Shown here: one piece after another, positions 13,095 to 25,259 of the stretch
How positions within the stretch are numbered: the stretch's first letter is position 1
Layout: the number at the start of each line of letters is the position of its first letter
Assembly (NCBI GenBank): GCA_025201805.1
Contig: MU619288.1
Location: forward strand, 16,833 to 80,832
Direction of reading: 5' to 3'
From: Parasitella parasitica NRRL 2501
Taxonomy: Eukaryota; Fungi; Mucoromycota
DNA: 64,000 nt
Program-made: the position numbers and the translations under genes
Notes under the pieces: model-generated
Database searches by the model: none
What the model saw: only the letters and a program-made list of their open reading frames with translations
Told to the model about the DNA's origin: nothing

Positions 13095-13901
13095 TTTTCG
13101 AAGAGAAAGGAAAAAGAAGGATTTGCAGCAGACATTCTATATAAAAAGGAAGCTTATAAACAATAATAACAACATTTGAATCAAAAAAGTCAAGGTATAA
13201 TAATAACCCTAAATAGGCAATTGTCAAAGCCTTGTTGTACGCCCTGTTTTTACTATACTAAAAGGAATGTTTTGATTGTAAAGACCAGAAATAGTAGCTT
13301 TTTCGTTCGATCGACACCACCCCATGTCCACTGCCTTCTGAACGTATGCAGCTTTCACTCCTTTTTTTTTAAAAAAAAAAGAAAAAGAAAAGTACCCCAG
13401 ATATTCTACCATATGTGGAGGCATCGACAAACAATAAAACAAGACATGCATAGACAGGATAACCAGATATTATGTTTCATACTTGACCATCTCTCACGTC
13501 TAGAATCAAAAAAACTTAGTAGATGAGGACTTTGTAGCAATATAATGATGGCCCCAATATCGTTACTGTTACAAGTGTTGCTGATCTTGTTGAGTTTACA
13601 ATAGGAAACAAACTTGCTGCTCGACGGCATAAACGATAAGCAATGTCCGAAAAGATCTGTATGCCATCATGACCTTGACTCTTGCACACAAATACACAGA
13701 AACTACCCCGAAAATAAGTATTTTTTACCTTTTTTTTTTTTTATTACTATTTCCTTTGCTTGTATCAGTATATATGTATATGTGATTGTGTGATATTGTT
13801 GATTGTGGAGGTGAGGGCGAGGGTGAGGGCGAGAAAGTGTATTTTTGTGTAAATGTGTATAATTTCAAATTCTGAGGAGCATATATAATCCTTTCATGAA
13901 C

Positions 13902-15170
13902 TCATTGAACATCTTGCATGTGTGTATCATCTTGAGACTTTGATTTTGTATGTTGAGGATCAATGAAAAGAGTTTTCCAGCTTCTCATTAAATGCTGACA
14001 GCGATCCTTGATCACGGTATCGTCCTCAAATGGGTAGGAGCAGGCAGCTTTTACAACTTTACCAATCTTAGTATCCTAAAAGTGCGAATTAAGTGTTTGT
14101 CCCCCTCCCGTACTCTCCCTCTCCCGTATACACTTACTTTAAGAACGTTATAGGTCATTGGTGCCTCTTCGATCTCTTTGATGATTTGCAATATCTTGGG
14201 ATAATCCTCATGTGGAATTTCACCCTAAGAATGAGGGTAAATTTCCTCTTTTTCCAGCGAGAACACACACAACCCAGACATACCTCTTTCTTGTTGTATA
14301 CTAATCTTTGCAACTTGTGTCTAATATGATACATTTTCTTATATTCTGGTGATTTCTTGTTATCATCTTTTGAGGGATCATGAGTGATGGGAGATTCGTG
14401 GCCTTCTTCTTTTTCAAGTGACATGGATTTACGCTTCAAATAAAAATAGATTTTAGAACCCACAAACAATACAAAAGAAAAGCACACTACTTACTCTTCT
14501 CTTTCTATCCAAACTATCGCCAACAGCAGTGTCGCCTACAGCATCTTCCTCGTCTCCCAACGCTAGCTTACGACTTTTTCTTTTTTGCGCTGCTGATTCC
14601 ACTGTATTTACCTTTCGTTTTGTCGGCTTACCATTTGCCACCGGCTTCTTCCTGTTAGCCACTGGCGTTGATGCCTTTTTTCCCTTCCCTTTCTTCACCT
14701 CTTCCTCATCTTCCTCTGCATCTTCACCGTCTTTATCTTCAAGCATTTGCGCTACCACAGAAGGATTCAGCGCTTGACGTACTGCCATTTCCAAGTCTTT
14801 TGTTTTGAACTTCTTTGCTTTGAGGTCATTTTCGACATGTTCATTATCAAAAGGCCTAATAGCATCAGGACCAAAAAATCCACTGAACCAAAATAATCAG
14901 CACCTGCTTCTTGCTTTGTTTATAAGAGACTTACTAATCTCTTGAGCCATAAAAAAACACGGTATACAAAGCGTTCTTTGTCTTGCTCTTTTGCTTCAGT
15001 ACTTTGGCTGGCACATTTGAATCCACTTCGATCTGTAAACTATTTGTAAATACATTTGGTTATGGTAAGGTAGCCTTCTTAATTACCCTGGCTGGCCACC
15101 AAGGATATCCTTTCAGCTTTGCGAATACAGTTGTTCCAGGTAAATACTCTGTTCGTCCTTGTTGACGCAT
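13902..15170 (-). CDS. PWWP-domain chromatin protein with a C-terminal TFIIS-N-like helical region, multi-exon
   Basis: Exon 1 MRQQGRTEYLPGTTVFAKLKGYPWWPAR; LYTVFFYGSRD; acidic/basic linker; last exon DTKIGKVVK...IKDRCQHLMRSWK. Confidence 0.88.
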
Positions 15171-16799
15171 GGTTTTATATAGTTTCTCTGTAACGACTCG
15201 TTTTTTTTTTTTTTTTCTTTTTTTTTTTTGGCTTGGGTTAATGATTGATAGAAGCAGAACGGTGAAAAGAAGAAAGGTGAAAATGCGCGTTTAGCTGCAA
15301 AGAAAGAAAGAAGGAAGAAATGTGGTAATCCAAACACTAAAAAAATATGGGAATTTTTTTTCAAACCATCATATGATTTGCCGTCTTAATCTGGTTCAAT
15401 TAGCTGCATTTCATTGCTTGCTTTTTCGCCTGGCTTGACAGCACCGACATTTGATTGCTGGGCTTTAGTTTTTTTAGGATTAGAGTCCATCCTGCTTTAT
15501 TCTGTCAAAAAAAAACATTCCCCAAAAGCATCGTTTTTAAACGGAAAAATCGATGGTGGGGCGTGAAAATGTGTGGTTTTATTTATGTCTTTTAGTGATG
15601 GTAGTACGAAATCAATTACAAGATAAATAATACAGAAAGACATGTTTTATTCGACAAGTAAAAGTCATACATATGATTTGCTTAATCTTGTTCTATTTAC
15701 AGCGTATGGAACAGGCAGAGTGAGAGGCTAATGTTAATCTTGTTTCTTTTTTTTTTTTTTTTTTTTTGCTCTCACTTATTTTTCTGCTTGTTTGAAGATT
15801 GATGTTTATTTATAGCATTCTCAAAATGACGACATTTCTTCCAAATTCCATGCTTTTCATTATTCCATGGAGGCATCTCTTGACAGATCAAATAGCCTAA
15901 TATGTCACTATGCACTTTTGACAGCTTTGAATTTATTTTCTCCTTGGCGATACCGGAAGAAGTATCCTTACACTGTCAAAGACAGCCCCCCCCCAAGTCT
16001 CAAGCAGAGCTGTGATAGCCGGTAGCCAACAAATTGTTATAATCCTTGCATTTCCACGAATTTTTCTTTTACAGAATTTTGGTAAGACTAGAAAGGTTCA
16101 GCAGATATCAATATTGTTAATAAGCCTGTGTTGAACTTTCACTGGGTGAGCTGATGTTCCAATTTTCTATGTTTTTATTTGTATCTTTTATACCTCTTTT
16201 GCTTTTTTGGCACGGCTGGGGTTTGTGGTGATGATGTCTGGGCTTCTGCTTGTGCTGGCGCTGGTGATTGTCGGTTTGTATTCTGTAATTGAAGAAAAGA
16301 ACGGGAAAGCATACAAGTAACTCATTACTTGTTTATAATAGTCTTCTGTATCAAGTACTTGAATTTTTTTTGTTACAATCTGCTGGTAATAGACAATAAT
16401 ATGCTTGTATTGAAGAGAATTTGCTTTCGCTTGAAAGTAGATTGAAGATGCTTTGTGTGTGTGTCTGCTTGATCTTTGGACTTGGAAGCTTATCCTAAAG
16501 CATCAACAAACGCTTGCTCTGTTATAGTATTGCTTACCACAAACTTTCTATTAATAAGCGAGTTAGTTAGAGATCAATATTGTCCTTCTCTCCCAGTGTG
16601 TATGAGGTCCTTTTCTTTCGTCCTATATTGGATTGTCTTGGTTTCTGGCTTGCATTATATCTTGACTCGATTGACATTATAAACTGATTTGGCTCCCTTT
16701 TAATGTCAAAATTACCCTGTGGTGTTCATCGTTGGTATGTATTGAAATCCCAAGTATATATCGAACACGCTAGACATTGTAACAAGGTCTCACTAAGAA

Positions 16800-17350
16800 T
16801 ACTATTGGAAACAGAAGAGCTTTTGTTGTTATTGGAACACGGTCGATATCATTATTGCTGACAGTAAGGTGATGTTGAGATTTTTATCGATATAAACTTG
16901 ACCAAGTTTTGCGTTAATTTATGAGGTTATTGTCGTCTATTTGATGGAAGTCAAGGCTAGGCAAAGAGTGTCTACAGTTCGATATTAAACGACTTGAAAG
17001 GAGAGAGAAAAGCATATGATTGCAAAGTTAGAAAGTCTAATAAACGTTTAATGCTTGAAACGGCATCTTCAACGCACTTCTCAGCCTGTTAAGAAAGAGC
17101 AATAAACAAAAGCATAACTAGTGTCTCTTTATAGAAAGTTACAATTAAGCACATCATGATAAAGTTGGGAATCTTTATTTGGACGAATTTTTATAAGCTC
17201 AAACGATTTACCTGATAGAAGATATGAGAACTGTGATGCTCTGTGAATAGGAAGGTAATGAACGAGGTGGGAGTACTTTGAGACTGCGGACACCAGTTTT
17301 ATTATGCAAAAGCTCGAGCGAGAATTCTATTCTACAGCTGATAGATGTCA
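16800..17350 (+). pseudogene. Heavily decayed hypothetical/TE-associated gene remnant
   Basis: Short stop-interrupted coding-like segments (e.g. DKVGNLYLDEFL); family assignment tentative. Confidence 0.2.
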
Positions 17351-17730
17351 TATACAAACAAGGGTGGCAATTGAAGATTATAAATGGCTTTGTTATTTGG
17401 CCGACAAAAAAGCTTGCCGCCTAAAATGCTTTTTTTTTTTTTTTTTTTTTGGCTTGTCCAAGTATTTTTCGGCTAGTCGCCCAGGTGTTTATTTTTTTGG
17501 TTTCTGAGTGAAAGACAGAAATTTGTCGCCCAAAAAAGCAATATTCAAACTTGGTGCTAAGCATCAAAACAAAATTTCGAAAACACCAATGATTTGCCAG
17601 CACTGTACACTCACAACTTATTGATACACTATTATAAAGGTAGCCGCGCTGGTGCGAGTCGAGGAACGTGAATGTGGACAGATAGAATTTTTTCATGTGG
17701 CCCGCGACTCTTTTCTTGTACGGACGATAG

Positions 17731-18573
17731 ATGATGAATACAGTGCTTACCATATTAATTTTCATAGCATTTGTATACCTAGGAAATGCACTGCCTGTGC
17801 AAATCAGCAACGAATTATCTTCAGAGCACGCTTATCGCTGGCCTTCTTTGCTCAGTGCTCCAATGGTCAAGTTGCTAGGCGATGTTTGTTACGAAAGTCT
17901 ATTCGAAGAATTTAATATGGATGTTCCTTGCTTCAAGCTACTCATCTCGAAAGGGCTCGGAATAGGCATTGTTATTGGAGGAGCCGTCGTAAAGATACCT
18001 CAGATCGCAACCATTCTCAAGCATCGTTCAGCACAAGGTTTATCGTTGACATCGTTTTTATTAGAAACGTGCGCTTATCAGATTGTCATGGTGTACAACA
18101 TGCGATTACATAACCCATTTAGTACTTATGGTGAAGTTCTATTCATGACGTTACAAAATATCGCTATTTGCATGCTGATTGTTTGGTATACCAGAGAAAG
18201 ACATCTTTCTGGAGTTACGTGCCTTGGGTTTATCTGCATTTTTGCAATGCTGGTACTTGTGCCTAGCTGGTGTATGGCGCTTTTGTACGCGTTGCAGATA
18301 CCTATTGGATTAGCAAGCAAAATTCCTCAGATTCGAGCCAATTATTTGAATCAGTCTACAGGGCAACTGAGCGTATTTGCGGTTCTAAATTACTTTGCGG
18401 GAACAACAGCACGAGCATTTACGACATGGGCTGAATTAAACGACCTCGTTATGTTGGGAGGTAATCTGTTAGCAAGCATACTAAATGGCATTTTGGTGTT
18501 ACAGCTGATTATATATTGGAAAAAGCAGCCGTTGTCAGCTAATAATGGTAGTGAATGGACCAAAGCAGATTAA
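17731..18573 (+). CDS. MPDU1: Mannose-P-dolichol utilization defect 1 (MPDU1/Lec35) PQ-loop protein, intronless
   Basis: LLISKGLGIGIVIGGAVVKIPQI...SAQGLS...PFSTYGE...SKIPQIRANY..STGQLS; two PQ motifs. Confidence 0.92.
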   Translation: MMNTVLTILIFIAFVYLGNALPVQISNELSSEHAYRWPSLLSAPMVKLLGDVCYESLFEEFNMDVPCFKLLISKGLGIGIVIGGAVVKIPQIATILKHRSAQGLSLTSFLLETCAYQIVMVYNMRLHNPFSTYGEVLFMTLQNIAICMLIVWYTRERHLSGVTCLGFICIFAMLVLVPSWCMALLYALQIPIGLASKIPQIRANYLNQSTGQLSVFAVLNYFAGTTARAFTTWAELNDLVMLGGNLLASILNGILVLQLIIYWKKQPLSANNGSEWTKAD

Positions 18574-18745
18574 GAAGGCTTCCTGATCTTCCTTTTACCT
18601 GGTCTTTTGGGGGATTGTGTGATTACAAGAGAGGAGCGGCAAATCTCAAGCTGGCCTTGAACGTGAAAGAAGCTTACAAACCGTTTCTATAAATTTGTAC
18701 AAAAAAAAGATTTTCTATTCTCAGTTTTTTCCGTAAATTAAACAA

Positions 18746-19527
18746 ATGTTACCACAACTTTTTTATAAAAAGCCAATTCAATTAGCTTCCTTTACCTCTT
18801 TTTTAAAACGTAATAAATTTGCTACCATGAGTCCTGCTGTGGAACAAGAACAACAACGGCCCGAGATCTCTGTCGAAGAGCAAATTAGACTCGCTGAAAT
18901 TGAAAGAGATGATCTGGACATTGTCAAGATCAACCGTGCTGACCCTGCCATTATTGAATATGAAGCTTACAGCCATTCATCTGAAAGCGAAAAGAAGCAC
19001 TCTTTGACTGTTTCCGTAAGTAAGATAGACAAAGTCGGCTGGAAACCATGTATTAATTCAGGCACATTTAGACTTTGAGAGGTCCCGGTATGATCATTGT
19101 ACCTCCTGTCATGTTCTACAACAAGACATACACAGAATTGACTTCTGTTCTCCATCTTGGCAAAAACATTTGTGGCCACGATGGAATTATTCATGGCGGT
19201 TTGGCCGCCACAATCCTTGATGAAGCTTTGGCTTGTGTCGTAAGTATATTTGGCACGGTGTTGTGATTCAATCTTTTGACACATTTTCCCATATAGGCAG
19301 TCCCTGCGTTGCCCAATATGTTTGGTTTCACTGCCAACCTCAACATTAACTATAGAAAACCTATCATGTCAAATCAATGGGTTGTTATGAAATCCAAGTT
19401 GGATAAGAGCGAAGATCGCAAAGCATATGTTTCTGCCTGGATCGAGAGTTTAGATGGTAAAACTGTCTTTACTGAAGCAACTTCCTTGTACGTTTCTCCC
19501 AAAATGCCTGTCAAGAAACCCGAATAA
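18746..19527 (+). CDS. Hotdog-fold acyl-CoA thioesterase (PaaI/THEM4-like), probable mitochondrial presequence, 3 exons
   Basis: HSLTVS|TLRGPGMI...HLGKNICGHDGIIHGGLAATILDEAL...FTANLNINYRKP; HGG-D/E catalytic motif. Confidence 0.88.
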
Positions 19528-20039
19528 TCTATTTAAACACTACACATTTATACAATAACATATTTAATAATTATTAGCTTTTGTTCGGAAGAACATGCAG
19601 ATCAGGTAATAATAACATTTTCCTTTTTCAATCATTAATAAAGACCCTACGTTCTCCGTGATATAATCGCTTGTAGTCTTTTTATTTAATTATGTTTGGA
19701 AATAATCGTTACTCACATTGAAATAACTCAAAGGCCACATGAAGGATATACCTTACGTAGTATTAACAAGCAAAAAAAAAAAAAAAAACAAACGACAGCT
19801 ATTTCCACAACTACGTTAAAGAATCTTAGATCTAAGGGATCTTTACAAATATATCGTACATAGCGGAAGAAAGGCTAATTTTGACCAACTTGAGACTTTG
19901 TCACACGGAGAGAAGCTCTTTAGTTTTCTATTTCAAAAAGAAAAGAAAAGGAAAAAAAGCCAAATATACCAGAAAACATGAAGTATCTTGGAGCTGCCAT
20001 CACTAGATTACCTGACATTTGGAGATCTAAAAAAGACTG

Positions 20040-20680
20040 AACGACACAAACGGCGAGGGTTGGTTGAGATCAAATTTGTACAGCTTTATCTGGAAACTTT
20101 TCATGTAAAGAGAGCCGAATGCTATTCTTGCGGTAATCAAGAAGTTGTAGGACTACAATGAGAATTTTGCTCAGCAGCGTGTAGATTTTATCCTGCGTGG
20201 CAATCATGATGGAACGGACTATTTGGCCTTGGAGGAGAAGTCAAACAGATCAAGAAGCTCACTACGACTTTAAAGAGGGGAAAAGAATGCAACAGCATAT
20301 GCTTAAATTTTGGTTAGATTGGGTTGCTTCAGCAATGTTAGTTTGGGAGTTGGAGCCCGTAGCTTTGCCAATGGCAGCAAACAAAACTCATTGTGTTTAG
20401 AGCTCGCCTTCTTCCGTCAGGCCACTTTATTGCCTACGAAAACGCAACTGCCTCCGGTCATTATGCTGCTGCTGCCCGATTGCTTCATATCGTACTCTTT
20501 ACCAAGCGCCTCGTCAATTTGAACCATTTGAAGCTAATAGCCATGATCAATGTAATAGAAAAGTACTCGAACGAACGTCTGGATTTATCGATCAACACCG
20601 ACCAGCCCTATGTCGCCTTCTACGGATCAAGCCAGGAATCGCAAAAGAGCACGAAAGGAAGGGAAAAATTACGATGACAA
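20040..20680 (+). pseudogene. Frameshifted PD-(D/E)XK (restriction-endonuclease-fold)-like hypothetical gene
   Basis: Stitched translation QQRVDFILRGNHDGTDYLALEEKS...YDFKEGKRMQQHMLKFWLDW...KLIVFRARLLPSGHFIAY...RLLHIVLFTKRLVNLN, with a D...ExK arrangement; stops and frameshifts. Confidence 0.45.
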
Positions 20681-20754
20681 CTGAATTGAAATATAATGAT
20701 AACCATGGTTATTCTATGGATGCAACACTAATATGCGATAATATTTGTTGAATT

Positions 20755-20786
20755 CGATCAGGAACGGTTGCCATGACAACTGAGTC
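20755..20786. repeat. Dispersed repeat copy A (matches 49461-49492) with an X-box-like palindrome
   Basis: CGATCAGGAACGGTTGCCATGACAACTGAGT versus CGATCAGGAACGGCTGCTATGACAACAGAGT. Confidence 0.75.
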
Positions 20787-21179
20787 CTAGCTATGGAATT
20801 CTATGGATACAGCATATACACACTACAATAAAATTTCATTTATTTTGGAGACTGCAACCTCGCAGAGCGAGATGGACCCCGCGGAAACAAAGGTAGCGTT
20901 GTGAAGGTGCAAAGATAACCAGGGTGGACGGGGTTACCAGCTCGTTATTACATTATATTAAAAAATTGAATACTTGCTATTACTCAATCTGCCATGGCAT
21001 TTGAAGCATTTTATTTTGATTGATTTCTAAAAAAAAAAAAAAAGTAATAGTGAGAAACCTTTATGATTGAGCTAAAAATAATTTGATTGGCCAGCAAAAA
21101 GTTTGAACACTATAAGAAATTCTTGATTGGCCAAATCAAAAAATTGACCTCTACTTAATGCAAATCGCTGTATTTGAGA

Positions 21180-22160
21180 TTATAAAACAGAAGCAAAGAA
21201 ACCAAGAGTTTCTACATGCTGTCCAAGCTTCTTTTTTTCTAAAACCCTATTCTCATCGCTCACTAACTTTGAATCGATGCGCTCTATCAGCGGTTTTGCT
21301 AATGCAGTGGCTGTTCCAATCATTTCATTCAGTAAACTAGGCTCGATACTGCCAGTTTGACCTTTCTTTATGCCACACACAAGCCCTTGCTTATTCACAC
21401 CAACTGTCAATGTAACTTGAGAGCACAATTCTTCTAAAATTGTGGGATCGATGATATAACGCTCTCCAATTTTATAGAGTGTCACGCTGATAGGCAGATT
21501 CTCCCAGCCTTTGATGGGCACAGCGTCGTCTACGTCGTCCACAACCTCGAATTCGAATTCTCCATCTCCCAAGTCTTCGATTTCGGTTTTAGGAATGCGT
21601 GTATTGTAAAGTGCTGCTCGAGCGGTCATGATGATGCAGTCCAGCAAGTTGCCAGCTGCATCCATGACCATAGCATCGATATAAATGACCCAGCATTGCT
21701 GATCTGGAATGATACATAGACTCTCCAAATCCAGTCCACTTTGTGAGCCGTTGAACAGTCGATCCATAGCAAGCGTAAGTGAATTATTCAAGTCATCCGC
21801 GCCACGGCCTTCAAATTGCTGTGAGGCACTCGGTGAGCTAAGGAGAATAGTATCAATACATGCTCATTTTCTTGACGCATTTTTTTTTTTTGCCATGGAT
21901 AGTTACCACTCGACATTACAGAAAACACGCCCTTGTCTTGGTTTGGCAGGTTCAACCTGGCCAATTTCAACCTTAACACCTACAAGGACATCACTGTCGC
22001 CTAAACGACAGCGAGCGCTTCCAGATGCTTGTGATAAAAGGCCGTTTTCCAAAACGACATGGCGGTACTCAAGACAAGCTCTTCCGTCAGCGCGACAGTC
22101 TTGCGCAACGCCTTGTTCAATGTAATTCTTTTCTGCTGGTGATATGAGAGGTGCTGGCAT
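21180..22160 (-). CDS. RRP42: Exosome complex RNase PH-like subunit Rrp42/EXOSC7, 2 exons
   Basis: ISPAEKNYIEQGVAQDCRADGR...QASGSARCRLG.SDVLVGVKVE...SPSASQQFEGRG...LDLESLCIIP..CWVIYIDAMV..AGNLLD. Confidence 0.93.
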
Positions 22161-22433
22161 GGTTTTATAGCAAAATGTTTGGGAACAAGAGCAAATTTAT
22201 TAGGAATTCCAAGTCTTTCTTTCAAGCCGAGAGTGGCTTTTCAACGAGACACGACTGGAAGATTTTAAAATACAGAAGACAGTTTGAGCAAAAGGTATGA
22301 TTATAGTGGGATTAAAATCAATGAAAGCAAAGAAAAGAAATACTATTTACTATTATAAAATGGGAGAAAAGAAAAAGAAAAAAAAATAATACTAGATATA
22401 TTAATGGAAAACGACAGACTACGTAGTAAAAAT

Positions 22434-24159
22434 TTATGCGTTTGATGAACTAACAATCAAACCATTATTGTCACCTCTAAATAACTTTTCTGATGTGATA
22501 TACTTTTCCTGTCTGTTCAATAAGCGTTTAACACATGCCAAGGTCGACGGCAATGTCATAAATAGCCAAGCAGCTACTGGCAAGTTGATGTAATCAATCA
22601 AATGAGACCATTTGCGACTTTCTTGTTTGGATTTAAACAGAAATTCACGGTCAATGGCACGATGCAGTTGCTCGTAAACGGCCAAGGTGCCAAACAACGG
22701 CAAAGGCAGACATAGTGTAATAATGCGAATTAGACTCCATAAATGTCCAAAGAACTCACTGGTTAAAATCGGGTTATCAGAGGGAGCAATCAAAGCCAAG
22801 GAAGCAAAAGGTGGGAACAAGATGAATTGCATCAAGGGGACAGCGGCAAACATGAGCCAGCCGGAAGTAGCAGGAACCATGTGAGCTTCCAGAATAATAA
22901 AACAAACTTTAAGACGTTCAAACAAACTGATTGAAGAGGAGGACGATTGGAATGCATTCTTGAGAGTATAGGCAACATCTGCCACTCCGTTGTAGTGGCG
23001 CTTGGCCTGCACGTAACGAGCGCTTACATTACTCAAGTAGCTTTCGGTCTGAACATTGGTCAAGTTGATGGGTACATAGATGGGGGCAGTACGCACTTGA
23101 CCTTGCGTTTTCCAGAAGCATTTCAACCACATATGCATATCTTCACCTACTGCATCTGCATCTGTATCCCAATAACCTACTTTATCTGCCAACACCATAG
23201 AGAGGGAATAATTGCTGCAAGGAATACACATGCCTCTGCTGTTGCTCAAGTTGGACATGACCATGGCAGACCAAGTAATGTCTGTAACACGCACAGCAGC
23301 GGGTACGTCAAAGCAGTTGCGAGAAAAGAAGATGGGTGGGGCACACAAGAGGTGGTAGGGATCTTCAGCTTTGTTCAACGCTTCTTCCACTTCACGAATA
23401 TACAGCTCGGGAATAGCTGAGTCCGAATCAGACACTGTGATGATGATTCTGCGACGATCGATACCTTGCTCAGTGAGCTCCATACAGCCATGACGAGCAG
23501 CATAAGCGACGTTGGAGCCCTTGCCGCGACTCTCACCAGGAATGTCAGAGGGATGGCCAGTGATGACTATATGAGCAAAGCGATCGCTGAAATACGATTG
23601 GAGACGACGAGCCTTGGCTTCCCAACCAGGTTCAGATTGCTCCATGGCAAGGATCAGACCATAATGAGTTTGAGCGGTACTAATGAGGTAATTTTAATAT
23701 GCTGACTTTTTGTTTTTTTTTTTTTTTTTCTAGTTACCTATGGCTTGCAATGCGCTCAATTGTATCCTTCAAGAGGCCCTCTGGTTCAGAGTAGTTGGGC
23801 ACAATAAAAGCATGAAAGTAATGTGTGCCTTGGTAATATTGCAGCTTTTCTTCTACATCTTCCAGTGTTTCATCATCACTGTTGCTATGTGTGATGATCT
23901 CCGTATCCTGCTTCTTGTTGCCAGTGATAGTTTTATCCAGTCTTTTGTTCCATTTGCGAATAGTCATTCTGATTTTGCGAGATGTTAGAAAGAATTTGCA
24001 GACATGGTTAACTTGAGTGTACAGGAAGACTGTGAAATACAGAAACAGAACTACAAGATAAGTACGGGGAAAGAAGAGTGGGCCCAAAGGAAGCACTGCT
24101 AATGAAGCTATAGGCACTAGAGGTGCGACCCACTCTGAGGGTGACAAGAGACGAGACAT
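22434..24159 (-). CDS. Membrane-bound glycosyltransferase family 2 (processive-type) protein, 2 exons
   Basis: HAFIVPNYSEP, GKGSNV, DSDS (DxD), GEDMH and QAKRH (QxxRW-like) motifs; N- and C-terminal TM helices; intron about 23677-23737. Confidence 0.85.
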
Positions 24160-24324
24160 GCAAAGAAGAAGTGGTGAAAAAAAGTGGGCGATGGAAAAAA
24201 AGGGAAAGAATTAGTCTAAAATCAAAAAATGCGGTTTATAATGATTCAACCACCTTTCGCCCCACATGTAAATCAGAGTATCGACACACCCACACAGGGT
24301 AACACACATGTCTTTTTTTTTTTT

Positions 24325-24694
24325 NNNNNNNNNNNNNNNNNNNNNNNNNNNNNNNNNNNNNNNNNNNNNNNNNNNNNNNNNNNNNNNNNNNNNNNNNNNN
24401 NNNNNNNNNNNNNNNNNNNNNNNNNNNNNNNNNNNNNNNNNNNNNNNNNNNNNNNNNNNNNNNNNNNNNNNNNNNNNNNNNNNNNNNNNNNNNNNNNNNN
24501 NNNNNNNNNNNNNNNNNNNNNNNNNNNNNNNNNNNNNNNNNNNNNNNNNNNNNNNNNNNNNNNNNNNNNNNNNNNNNNNNNNNNNNNNNNNNNNNNNNNN
24601 NNNNNNNNNNNNNNNNNNNNNNNNNNNNNNNNNNNNNNNNNNNNNNNNNNNNNNNNNNNNNNNNNNNNNNNNNNNNNNNNNNNNNNNNNNNNNN
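24325..24694. other. Assembly gap (N run)
   Basis: Run of N following a poly-T tract. Confidence 1.
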
Positions 24695-25259
24695 GTACAC
24701 AGCTGACTGCAATTAGCAACTCCCTGGCCATTATGCCATTATGTTGATTTGACTCGATTGTGTTGCGTACTATTTTTTTTTTTTTTTTTCTTTTTTTCCA
24801 AAACTTTTATATCCAATAAAAAATGTCTGCTACTTTGATTGTTCGATATCGTTAATAGGAGAAAATCCTGTACGATTTAGTCAATCAGTCTCTCTGTGAT
24901 AGTGTACAAGACATCCTTCTTTTCTTTTAAAAGCATGTTTTCTTAACAATTGTACACTGAGTGCATCTCTGGTTTTTTTTTTTTTTTGATTATTTTGTTT
25001 AATGGAATGTACAGTGTTATCTTGAACTGCTGACAATTGAGAATGGCATCTCTTCAGTTCAAATTCAAGACAAAAGCATTACATACCTTAACAATGCTTT
25101 GCCCCTGGTTAGATGTATAGCCATCGCACTATGCTGTTTATTGACGTCTATGGGCAATGCCTACAGCAGCAATAAAGAAACAACTCTGTTTTTGCTTTTT
25201 AAAATAAAAGAGCTCTGACAAAGTATTAATTACCTGTGTTCAAAGAAATTCAAGGCAAC

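Noticed and set aside
24229-24747. Long ORFs crossing the first N gap
   Set aside because: Artefacts of translating N as X.
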